Assembly: GCA_943367535.1 (NCBI GenBank)
Contig: CALRJK020000012.1
Location: 102-64,101, forward strand
Reading direction: 5' to 3'
Source of the DNA: Synechococcus sp. UW140
Lineage (GTDB): Bacteria > Pseudomonadota > Alphaproteobacteria > Sphingomonadales > Sphingomonadaceae
Length of the DNA: 64,000 nt
Positions within the stretch are counted from its first letter, which is position 1; every line of letters begins with the position of its first letter. Shown piece after piece: positions 45,404-54,010 of this stretch. The position numbers and the translations under genes are program-made. The notes below the pieces were generated by a model. It was not told the DNA's origin. It searched no databases and worked only from the letters and a program-made list of their open reading frames with translations.

Positions 45404-45656
45404 GCGTGCCGCTCCCCAGAGGCTCGTTCATCTTGCGGACAGTATCGCAAAGGTGACGCAGTCTTGCAACAATTCGCTCACAATCGTCACATTGTTGCGC
45501 GGAGCGCAAATGACGCGGGCCAAGCCGCTCAATTCGTGGCGATCTTGCCTGCGCGGGGGTGCCTGACGCGCCTTTGCCGCAGGCCTAAGCAAAAATCCTG
45601 CCAAACGCGTGTGCCCACTTTCCTGCCGCTGCCATGGTGCTAAAGACGGGGTTAAG

Positions 45657-46436
45657 ATGAGCATCACCACCCTTTCGGACGAGGCCAGCCAAGCCGCCCC
45701 GGTTCAGCCGCTTGGCAGCGGGCTTGAAGTCATCTCGATCGCCAAGAGCTATGACAAGCGCGCGGTGCTGACCGATATTTCGCTCAGCGTGGCCAAGGGC
45801 GAGGTGCTCGGCCTGCTCGGGCCGAACGGGGCGGGCAAGACCACCTGCTTCTATTCGATCATGGGGCTGGTGAAGCCGGATTCGGGCCGCATCCTGATGG
45901 ATGGCGAGGATGTGACCAAGCTGCCGATGTATCGCCGCGCAATCCTCGGCCTTGGCTATCTGCCGCAGGAAACCAGCATTTTCCGCGGCATGACGGTGGA
46001 ACAGAACATCGCCTGCGTGCTCGAACTGGTCGAGCCGGACAAGGCCACCTGCGCTTCCGAACTGGAGCGCCTGCTCGGCGAATTCGGCCTCACCCGCCTG
46101 CGCGAAAGCCCGGCGATGGCGCTGTCAGGCGGGGAGCGGCGACGCTGCGAGATTGCCCGCGCGCTGGCGGCCAAGCCTTCGATCATGCTGCTGGACGAGC
46201 CGTTTGCGGGCATCGATCCGCTCTCGATCAGCGACATCCGCGAATTGGTGCGCGATCTCAAGGCGCGCGGCATCGGTGTGCTGATCACCGATCACAACGT
46301 GCGCGAGACGCTGGATATCGTGGACCGCGCCTGCATCATCTATGGCGGGCAGGTGCTGTTCGCCGGCTCCCCGCAGGAGCTCGTCGCCGACGAGAACGTG
46401 CGGCGGCTTTATCTCGGCGAGAGCTTCACGCTCTAG
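45657..46436 (+). CDS. lptB: LPS export ABC transporter ATP-binding protein
   Basis: Walker A GPNGAGKTT, signature LSGGERRR and Walker B MLLDEP; lies directly upstream of rpoN as in most proteobacteria. Confidence 0.93.
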   Translation: MSITTLSDEASQAAPVQPLGSGLEVISIAKSYDKRAVLTDISLSVAKGEVLGLLGPNGAGKTTCFYSIMGLVKPDSGRILMDGEDVTKLPMYRRAILGLGYLPQETSIFRGMTVEQNIACVLELVEPDKATCASELERLLGEFGLTRLRESPAMALSGGERRRCEIARALAAKPSIMLLDEPFAGIDPLSISDIRELVRDLKARGIGVLITDHNVRETLDIVDRACIIYGGQVLFAGSPQELVADENVRRLYLGESFTL

Positions 46437-46444
46437 CTGCCCCG

Positions 46445-47941
46445 ATGGCGCTCGGTCCCCGCCTCGATTTACGGCAATCGCAATCGCTGGTGATGACGCC
46501 GCAATTGCAGCAGGCGATCAAGCTGCTGGCGGCCTCCAATCTCGAAATCGAGACCTTCATCGCCGATGCGCTGGAGGCCAATCCCCTGCTCGACACCGGC
46601 GGGCCTGCCGACCCCGGAGAGCCGGACCGCATCGAAATCGCCGCCCCGGCCGGGGAGGATACGACCGCCGATCAGCTGATGCTGGCAGGTGGGGGCGAGG
46701 GCGATGCGCCGCTTGATCTGGGCGCGGTGGACCGGGATTTCGATACCGGGGACGGCGCCGGGCCTTCGATGCGCGATGCCGAATGGGGGGCGGCCAGCGC
46801 GCCCGGCGGCGATTCGGGCGAGATGCCCGACTGGGAGCAGCTGCGCGCGGCCGAGGTGACGCTGGCCGAACATCTTGAAGGCCAGATCGGCGCGCTCACC
46901 AATGATCCCCGCACCGGTTTCATCGCGCGCCACATTATCGGCCTGCTGGACGAGGCGGGATATCTTTCCGCCACGCTTGATGAAGTGGCCGATGATCTGG
47001 GCGTGGAACTCTACGAGGCCGAGGCCGGGCTGGCGCTGGTGCAATCGCTCGATCCGTCAGGCGTGGGCGCGCGCAATCTGGCCGAGTGCATTGCCATCCA
47101 GGCGCGCGAGGCGGATCGTTATGATCCGTGCATGGCGGCGCTGATCAGCAACCTTGATCTGGTCGCGCGCGGCGAGATCGAGCGTCTGAAGCGCCTGTGC
47201 CGGGTGGATGACGAGGATTTCGCCGATATGCTGCGTGAACTGCGCAGCTACAACCCGCGCCCCGGCCTCGCTTTTGCGCCGGCCGAGACCGGCACGGTGG
47301 TGCCCGATGTGCTCGTGGCGGGCAACGCAGCCGGCGGCTGGGACATTGCGATCAACGAGGACACGCTGCCCAAGCTGATCGTCAATCGCGGCTATTATGT
47401 CGAACTCAATGCAGGCGCGACCAACAAGGAATCGCAGGGCTGGCTCAAGGAGAAGCTGGCCGACGCGCATTGGCTGATCCGCGCATTGGACCAGCGCCAG
47501 AAAACGATCCTCAAGACCGCGGCTGAAATCGTGAAGCAGCAGGACGGCTTCTTCCGCCGCGGCGTGGCCGAACTGCGTCCGCTGACCTTGCGCGAAGTGG
47601 CCGAGCAGATCGGGATGCACGAAAGCACGGTCAGCCGTGTCACCAGCAACAAATATCTCGCCTGCGCGCGCGGCACGTTCGAGATGAAATACTTCTTCAC
47701 CAGCGGAGTCGCGTCAGCTGACGGCGAGGGTGCATCCAGCGCGGCAATCAAGGCGCGGATCAAGGCGCTGATCGATGCCGAGACCGCCAAAAACATCCTG
47801 TCCGACCAGCAATTGGCCGAAATGCTCCAGAAAGAGGGCTTCGATCTGGCCCGGCGCACGGTCGCCAAATACCGCGAGGCGATCGGGCTGGGATCGAGCG
47901 CCGAGCGCCGCCGCGCCAAGAAGCTGGCCAGCGCGTCCTAG
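46445..47941 (+). CDS. rpoN: RNA polymerase sigma-54 factor
   Basis: N-terminal LRQSQSLVMTPQLQQAIKLL; C-terminal HTH and RpoN box ARRTVAKYRE. Confidence 0.95.
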   Translation: MALGPRLDLRQSQSLVMTPQLQQAIKLLAASNLEIETFIADALEANPLLDTGGPADPGEPDRIEIAAPAGEDTTADQLMLAGGGEGDAPLDLGAVDRDFDTGDGAGPSMRDAEWGAASAPGGDSGEMPDWEQLRAAEVTLAEHLEGQIGALTNDPRTGFIARHIIGLLDEAGYLSATLDEVADDLGVELYEAEAGLALVQSLDPSGVGARNLAECIAIQAREADRYDPCMAALISNLDLVARGEIERLKRLCRVDDEDFADMLRELRSYNPRPGLAFAPAETGTVVPDVLVAGNAAGGWDIAINEDTLPKLIVNRGYYVELNAGATNKESQGWLKEKLADAHWLIRALDQRQKTILKTAAEIVKQQDGFFRRGVAELRPLTLREVAEQIGMHESTVSRVTSNKYLACARGTFEMKYFFTSGVASADGEGASSAAIKARIKALIDAETAKNILSDQQLAEMLQKEGFDLARRTVAKYREAIGLGSSAERRRAKKLASAS

Positions 47942-48012
47942 CATTTCCCCTCAGGCGACGCGGCATTCGTAAACGCCTAGCTTGCTCCGTACTTCGTCTG
48001 CTCCGTGGGTGT

Positions 48013-48091
48013 GACTCGAAAGACTCACTGCAAAAAGTTAACGACCTAAACTTCTTATTAACCTTTTTTGGTGAGAAGTGGCGTGGTTAAC
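48013..48091 (+). promoter_or_regulatory. ctrA upstream control region: two GANTC sites and three TTAAC half-sites
   Basis: GACTC at 48013 and 48022; TTAAC at 48038, 48058 and 48087. No canonical TTAA-N7-TTAA is present. Confidence 0.45.
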
Positions 48092-48155
48092 AGGCGGCAA
48101 CCTCTCCTAAGCAGGGGTTACCACGGGACAGGCACCGAAAGTACGGGGGACTGCA

Positions 48156-48851
48156 ATGCGCGTTCTGCTGATTGAAGACGAACCGACCACTGCCAAGGCG
48201 ATTGAGCTGATGCTCACCACCGAAGGCTTCAATGTCTATTCGACCGACCTTGGTGAAGAAGGTTTGGATCTGGGCAAGCTGTATGATTACGACATCATCC
48301 TGCTCGACCTGAACCTGCCCGACATGCATGGCTATGACGTGCTCAAGAAGCTGCGCGTCGCCAAGGTGCAGACGCCGGTTCTGATCCTGTCCGGCATTTC
48401 GGAAATGGATTCCAAGATCCGCAGCTTCGGCTTCGGGGCTGACGATTACGTCACCAAGCCGTTCCACCGCGAAGAACTGGTCGCCCGCATCTATGCCGTG
48501 GTGCGCCGTTCGAAGGGCCACTCGCAGTCGGTCATCCGCACTGGCAAGCTTGCCGTGAACCTCGATGCCAAGACAGTCGAAGTCGATGGCAGCCGCGTGC
48601 ACCTGACCGGCAAGGAATATGCGATGCTGGAGCTGCTTTCGCTCCGCAAGGGCACCACCCTGACCAAGGAAATGTTCCTCAACCACCTGTATGGCGGGAT
48701 GGACGAGCCGGAACTCAAGATCATCGACGTGTTCATCTGCAAGCTGCGCAAGAAGCTGTCGCTGGCCTGCGGCGGGGACAATTACATCGAGACCGTCTGG
48801 GGCCGCGGCTATGTGCTGCGCGATGACGAAACGGTGGTCGAAGCGGCGTAA
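48156..48851 (+). CDS. ctrA: cell-cycle response regulator CtrA
   Basis: [20 protein letters not shown]...[33 protein letters not shown]...[12 protein letters not shown] is near-canonical CtrA. Confidence 0.95.
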   Translation: MRVLLIEDEPTTAKAIELMLTTEGFNVYSTDLGEEGLDLGKLYDYDIILLDLNLPDMHGYDVLKKLRVAKVQTPVLILSGISEMDSKIRSFGFGADDYVTKPFHREELVARIYAVVRRSKGHSQSVIRTGKLAVNLDAKTVEVDGSRVHLTGKEYAMLELLSLRKGTTLTKEMFLNHLYGGMDEPELKIIDVFICKLRKKLSLACGGDNYIETVWGRGYVLRDDETVVEAA

Positions 48852-48986
48852 CTGGTTTTTCGATGGCGCCTCCGCGCCCTCGTCCTCGGTGCGTTTCGAT
48901 CCTTTCAGGATCGAGCACCTGCGAGCGGCCGGTCGGCCTTGCGGCCCTTTGGGCCGGAACAGCGCGCTACTTAAATGATTGCGGGA

Positions 48987-49018
48987 GGCCCGGGGCATTG
49001 CTCCGGGCCTTCGCGTTT
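48987..49018 (+). terminator. hairpin terminator candidate between the convergent ctrA and LuxR-type genes
   Basis: AGGCCCGG-ggcattgct-CCGGGCCT followed by TCGCGTTT. Confidence 0.45.
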
Positions 49019-49827
49019 CAGCCGATGCGGTTGAAGGTTATGGCTTTCGGGTCAGGCATTTCGCCGTTCGCCCAGACGATCGTTTCCGTCATCGAGCGGC
49101 CATCCTTTGCCACGGTGTAGACCCGAGTCGAAACCCTCGCGCGGTTCTTGCTGAGTGTCATCACCAGCGTGTCCGGCTCCGGCTGGCGCAATGACACCGA
49201 ATCGATCCCGGCCATCGAACCACCCACCGGCACCGGCACGCCATCAAGCGCCGCCGTGGATTCGGCCTTGATCTTCGCGCCGCCGCGGTTTTCGATCCAC
49301 ACCAGCGTGTGCCACCGCCCGTCCGGCTGCGGCGTGAAGGTGATCGTCACCGCGACCGGGCGCTCGTTCTGTGGCAGCCGGGCGACATCCAGCGACCAGC
49401 GCCCGGCCAAAGGCGCAACAGCCGCAGCCTGCGCCGTTTCGGCGTCCTGCGGCATGGAGGTAGTGTCCGCAGTCAGCGCAAGCGCGAGGGCGGCGGCGGT
49501 GAGCATGAAAGCCATGGCAATTCGTCCTTTCGTCCATTCAAACGCCCCTTTGCGGGGCACGGACGAGGTCTGGGCGGACGGCGCTGGCGGGGACAGATCG
49601 ATTTCCTCGTCCCAGATTTTTTGGTCCGCCAACTGCCGCGCCAACTCGCGGCTGCTGCCCACCCCGGTCTTGCGCCGCGCTTCGCGCAGGCGTTCGTTGA
49701 TCGAGGCTTCCGAGCGTCCCAGCTGCGCCGCGATCGACTTGACCGTATGCCCGCTCGCAAGCAGGCGCAGGATCTCCCGCTCCTTGTCGGTCAGTATATC
49801 GGGAGAGACGGGCGGCGCGCTGGACAT
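49018..49827 (-). CDS. membrane-anchored LuxR-type HTH protein with extracytoplasmic C-terminal domain
   Basis: N-terminal LTDKEREILRLLASGHTVKSIAAQLGRSEASINERL (LuxR/GerE HTH), one TM helix (IAMAFMLTAAALALALTA), then a ~150-aa beta-rich domain. Confidence 0.7.
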   Translation of the reverse strand: MSSAPPVSPDILTDKEREILRLLASGHTVKSIAAQLGRSEASINERLREARRKTGVGSSRELARQLADQKIWDEEIDLSPPAPSAQTSSVPRKGAFEWTKGRIAMAFMLTAAALALALTADTTSMPQDAETAQAAAVAPLAGRWSLDVARLPQNERPVAVTITFTPQPDGRWHTLVWIENRGGAKIKAESTAALDGVPVPVGGSMAGIDSVSLRQPEPDTLVMTLSKNRARVSTRVYTVAKDGRSMTETIVWANGEMPDPKAITFNRIG

Positions 49828-49909
49828 GGCCCCTGATCACCACAGCACGACCCTGCGTCCAGCACGATTTTCTTGTGCCGCGCTGGCCCGCGTGCCAAGC
49901 GCGCGCCCC

Positions 49910-50611
49910 ATGACGGCATTCAAGGAAGGTGATCCGACCACCATCGCACGGCTTTACGGGCGCTCGGTCGGCAAGAAGCTGCGCAAGTATCAGCAGGGGT
50001 TGGTCGACACCCTCCTGCCGCAGATCGCCGTGCCTGCCGAAGGCCCGGTGACGTCCGAGGTATTGTTCGGCGATTCGCGCGCCCTGCACCTCGAGATCGG
50101 CTTCGGCGGGGGCGAGCATCTCGCCTATCGCGCCGATCTGTTGCCCGATCACGGCTTCATCGGTGCAGAACCCTTCGTCAACGGGGTCGCGCAGGCGCTG
50201 ACCCATGTCGCCGACCAGCGCCTCGCCAATATCCGCCTGCACCATGGCGATGCGCTGGAGGTGCTCGCCCGCGTGCCGGATGGCGGGCTGACGATGCTCT
50301 ACCTGCTCCACCCCGATCCCTGGCCCAAGGCCCGCCACGCCAAGCGGCGGATGATGAACGACGGTCCGGTGAAGCTGATCGCCGACAAGCTGAAGCCCGG
50401 TGGGGAGTTCCGGTTCGGCACCGACCATGCAGTCTATCTGCGCCATGCGCTGATGGTGATGCAGCGCCACACCGATCTGTTCGAGTGGGTGGTGGAGAAA
50501 CCGTCAGACTGGCAGGTGCGCCCCTCCGGCTGGCCCGAGACGCGCTATGAACACAAGGCGCGCACTGTTTACGGGCACGAGGTGTGGTATTTCCGCTTCC
50601 GGCGGAAATAG
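49910..50611 (+). CDS. trmB: tRNA (guanine-N7)-methyltransferase
   Basis: LEIGFGGGEHL and LLHPDPWPKARHAKRR motifs. ATG 49910 lies inside a long spurious ORF. Confidence 0.9.
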   Translation: MTAFKEGDPTTIARLYGRSVGKKLRKYQQGLVDTLLPQIAVPAEGPVTSEVLFGDSRALHLEIGFGGGEHLAYRADLLPDHGFIGAEPFVNGVAQALTHVADQRLANIRLHHGDALEVLARVPDGGLTMLYLLHPDPWPKARHAKRRMMNDGPVKLIADKLKPGGEFRFGTDHAVYLRHALMVMQRHTDLFEWVVEKPSDWQVRPSGWPETRYEHKARTVYGHEVWYFRFRRK

Positions 50612-50620
50612 ACGCAGGGG

Positions 50621-51091
50621 TTGGCGATGGGGCCCAAGGGATTGTTTGGCGCGCTGTTTCTGCTGATCGGCGGGTTCTTCTTCTCCGTCTTTGCCTATTG
50701 GCTGGTCGATGCCAACCTGATCGCGATGAACGGGGTGCGCACCACCGGACAGATCGCAGGCTACGACACGTTCGGCAACCGGCGCAAACTGGCCTACACT
50801 TTCACCGACCGCAGGGGCGAGGCTTTCCGCGGCCACTTCCATCGAACATGGACCAAGACCGGCCCGCTGCGGCTCAAACGCCTCGAAGCCGAACTTGAGA
50901 TCGGGCGGACTATCCCGGTGATCTATGATCCTGCCGATCCCCGACGGTCGGTCGCTGACACCTTCACGGGCCGCTTCGGGGCCTTGCTGCAAATGCTGGT
51001 GATGCTGCCCTTCATGTTGATGGGCGCTTACTTCCTCCGCGGTGACCGCCGCGAGCAGATTGCGGACGGTTGGGCGCAGCGCCGGTTCTGA
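50621..51091 (+). CDS. DUF3592-like membrane protein
   Basis: An N- and a C-terminal TM helix flank a beta-rich core (TTGQIAGYD...IPVIYDPADP), as in DUF3592. Confidence 0.6.
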   Translation: MAMGPKGLFGALFLLIGGFFFSVFAYWLVDANLIAMNGVRTTGQIAGYDTFGNRRKLAYTFTDRRGEAFRGHFHRTWTKTGPLRLKRLEAELEIGRTIPVIYDPADPRRSVADTFTGRFGALLQMLVMLPFMLMGAYFLRGDRREQIADGWAQRRF

Positions 51092-51099
51092 CCCGACGT

Positions 51100-51115
51100 T
51101 GTTTCACGTGAAACA
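51100..51115. other. parS (ParB-binding centromere-like) site, perfect palindrome
   Basis: TGTTTCACGTGAAACA lies 9 nt after the DUF3592 gene stop, between convergent genes. Confidence 0.8.
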
Positions 51116-51148
51116 GCAAAAAGCGCGCGTCGAACGAGGGGCAAAGGA

Positions 51149-51177
51149 GGGTCTGGAGGGGGGCTAACCGGGGTCTG
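51149..51177 (-). repeat. parS-flanking repeat, copy B (inverted relative to copy A)
   Basis: The reverse complement CAGACCCCGGTTAGCCCCCCTCCAGACCC aligns to 28298..28326. Confidence 0.5.
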
Positions 51178-51195
51178 ACCCGGCTTTGCGCCGCT

Positions 51196-51588
51196 CTAAC
51201 CCGCCGCCCGCACCCGCCACCACGGCATCAGCGCAAAGACGATCTGCCCCGCCAGCCCCAGCAGCGCGTGCGGCTGACGCAGGCCTGCGAGCCATTGCGC
51301 GGGCGATTGTCCCGTCAGCACCCCGGCGAGCGCACATTCGGCGATCATCAGAATGGCAAAGGCCAGCCCGCCGGCGGCCAGCGCCTCGCGCGCGCTGGCA
51401 AGGCGGAACCGCCGCACCAGCCAACCGGCCGCAAACCAGCTTGCGGCAAGGATGATCGGCAGCTCGATCAAGGTCGCGGGCAGCAGGCCCACCAGCGGGA
51501 TCACCCACAGCACTCTGATGGTGCCCAGCACAAACCCCAGCGCGAACACCACCGCCCAATAGGCGATAGCGGCGCGCAGCCAGTTCAC
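51196..51588 (-). CDS. hypothetical membrane protein (4 TM)
   Basis: GTG start overlaps the maeB stop (GTGA). Four hydrophobic helices; no family recognised. Confidence 0.5.
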   Translation of the reverse strand: MNWLRAAIAYWAVVFALGFVLGTIRVLWVIPLVGLLPATLIELPIILAASWFAAGWLVRRFRLASAREALAAGGLAFAILMIAECALAGVLTGQSPAQWLAGLRQPHALLGLAGQIVFALMPWWRVRAAG

Positions 51589-53858
51589 CCCACCACGCCT
51601 GCGCCCGCCAGCACCGCCAGTGTCAGCACATCGGGCACTGCCGCAGTCATCGGCACGATCTGCACCGGCTTGCCCATGCCGATCATCATCGGGCCGATCG
51701 TGGCATTGCTGCCCAGTTCGCGCAGCAGCTTGGCCGAAAGGTTCGCCGATTGCAGCCCCGGCATGATCAGCACATTGGCCGGGCCGGACAGGCGGCTGAA
51801 CGGATAGAGCGCCATCACCTTGGGGTTCAGGGCCGCATCGGGGGCCATTTCGCCTTCATATTCGAAGCCCGGATCCTCACGGTCGAGGATCGCCACCGCC
51901 TCGCGGATCGAATCGAGCCATTGGCCCGACGGGTTGCCGAAGGTCGAATAGGACAGGAACGCCACCCGCGGTTCGTGGCCCATGCGCCGGGCGACCGCTG
52001 CGGTCTCCTTGGCGATATGGGCCAGCATCGCGGCATCGGGGCGTTCGTTGATGGTGGTGTCGGCAAGGAAGGTGGTGTGGTTCTTGCCGATCATCATGTG
52101 GATGCCGAAAGGCAGCGCGCCTTCCTTGGGATCGAGCACCAGGTTCACCTCGCGCACGGTCTGCGCAAAGGTGCGGGTCATGCCGGTGATCATCCCGTCG
52201 CCATGCCCCAACGCCACCAGCAGTGAGGCAAACACGTTGCGGTCCTGATTGACCATGCGCCGCACATCGCGTTCGGTAAAGCCGCGCCGTTGCAGGCGCT
52301 TGTAAAGATATTCGACCATCGCCGGCACGTGTTCGCTATCGGCCGAGTTCTGAATTTCAAAGCTGGACGGATCGCCGACCGAAAGCTGGTGCAGCTTGTC
52401 CAGCACCGCCTTGGTGCGGCCCACCAGAATGGGGGTGCCATAGCCGAAATCGCGGAACTGGATCGCGGCGCGCAGCACCACTTCTTCCTCCGCCTCGGCA
52501 AACACCATGCGCTTGGGATTGGCGCGCGCGACTTCATAGACGCCCGACAGCACCGAGGTGGTGGGGTTGAGGCGGCTGCGCAGCTGCATCCGGTAAGCGT
52601 CAAAATCCTCGATCCGGGCACGCGCGACGCCCGAATCCATCGCGGCCTTGGCAACCGCCGATGACACGACTTCGATCAGGCGCGGGTCGAAGGGGGCCGG
52701 GATGATGTAATTGGTGCCGAACTTGTGGTTCTGGCCATAGGCGCTGGCCACTTCTTCCGGCACCTGCTGGCGGGCGAGTTCGGCAATGGCCTGTGCGGCG
52801 GCGACCTTCATTTCTTCATTGATGGTGGTCGCCTGCACATCCAGCGCGCCGCGGAAGATGAAGGGGAAGCCGAGGACATTGTTGACCTGATTGGGGAAGT
52901 CGCTGCGGCCTGTGGCGATGATCGCATCGGGGCGCACGGCCTTGGCTTCGTCCGGCATGATTTCCGGCACGGGGTTGGCCATGGCGAAGATGATCGGCTT
53001 ATCGGCCATGCGCCGCACCCAATCGGGCTTCAGCGCGCCCGCAGCCGACAGGCCAAGGAAGATGTCAGCGCCCACCAAAGCCTCTTCAAGGCTGGTGGCG
53101 GTGGTTTCAACCGCATGGGCGCTCTTCCACTGGTCCACCCCGTCACGGCCCGGCGTGATCGGGCCGGACCGGTCGCACAGGATCACGTTTTCGTGGCGCA
53201 CGCCCATGGCCTTGATCAGCGCGGTGCAGGCGATGGCGGCAGCGCCCGCGCCGTTGACCACGACCTTGACGTCCTTGAAATCGCGCCCCGTGATGTGGCA
53301 GGCGTTGAGCAGGCCGGCCGCGGTGATGATCGCGGTGCCGTGCTGGTCATCATGCATCACCGGGATTTTCATGCGCTCGCGCAGGGCGGCTTCGATGATG
53401 AAGCATTCGGGCGCCTTGATATCTTCAAGGTTGATGCCGCCAAAGGTCGGCTCCATCAGGGCAACCGCGTTGATGAAGGCTTCGGGGTCTTCGGTGTCGA
53501 GCTCGATATCGATCGAATCGACGTCGGCGAAGCGCTTGAACAATACCGCCTTGCCTTCCATCACCGGCTTGGAAGCCAGCGCGCCGAGATTGCCGAGGCC
53601 GAGGATCGCGGTGCCGTTGCTGATCACCGCCACAAGGTTCGCCTTGGCGGTGTAACGCGCAGCCAATGAGGGATCGGCGGCGATGGCTTCCACCGGCACG
53701 GCCACGCCCGGCGAATAGGCCAGCGAAAGATCGCGCTGCGAGGTCATCGGCTTGGTGGCGACGATCTCCAGCTTACCCGGGCGGATCGTCTCGTGATAGA
53801 ACAGCGCCTCGCGCGCGGTGAAGCCGCCCCTGTTTTGTGGTGCGTTCTCGTCGGCCAT
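51585..53858 (-). CDS. maeB: NADP-dependent malic enzyme (malic enzyme + phosphotransacetylase-like domain)
   Basis: [15 protein letters not shown] and [11 protein letters not shown] motifs, plus a C-terminal PTA-like domain. ATG 53858 lies inside the longer ORF. Confidence 0.93.
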   Translation of the reverse strand: MADENAPQNRGGFTAREALFYHETIRPGKLEIVATKPMTSQRDLSLAYSPGVAVPVEAIAADPSLAARYTAKANLVAVISNGTAILGLGNLGALASKPVMEGKAVLFKRFADVDSIDIELDTEDPEAFINAVALMEPTFGGINLEDIKAPECFIIEAALRERMKIPVMHDDQHGTAIITAAGLLNACHITGRDFKDVKVVVNGAGAAAIACTALIKAMGVRHENVILCDRSGPITPGRDGVDQWKSAHAVETTATSLEEALVGADIFLGLSAAGALKPDWVRRMADKPIIFAMANPVPEIMPDEAKAVRPDAIIATGRSDFPNQVNNVLGFPFIFRGALDVQATTINEEMKVAAAQAIAELARQQVPEEVASAYGQNHKFGTNYIIPAPFDPRLIEVVSSAVAKAAMDSGVARARIEDFDAYRMQLRSRLNPTTSVLSGVYEVARANPKRMVFAEAEEEVVLRAAIQFRDFGYGTPILVGRTKAVLDKLHQLSVGDPSSFEIQNSADSEHVPAMVEYLYKRLQRRGFTERDVRRMVNQDRNVFASLLVALGHGDGMITGMTRTFAQTVREVNLVLDPKEGALPFGIHMMIGKNHTTFLADTTINERPDAAMLAHIAKETAAVARRMGHEPRVAFLSYSTFGNPSGQWLDSIREAVAILDREDPGFEYEGEMAPDAALNPKVMALYPFSRLSGPANVLIMPGLQSANLSAKLLRELGSNATIGPMMIGMGKPVQIVPMTAAVPDVLTLAVLAGAGVVG

Positions 53859-54010
53859 GGTGGCGTGTCCCTGTATTCTTATGTGCGATGAACCGAGCCA
53901 TCGCTTAGCCGCGCGCGCGCCGATGCGATAGGCCCGAAAATGAGCGACTTCGGGGAAAGCGGCCGCCGTGGTCATTCCCGAATCGGCCCGCATGGGGCTA
54001 GGCGGGAAAG

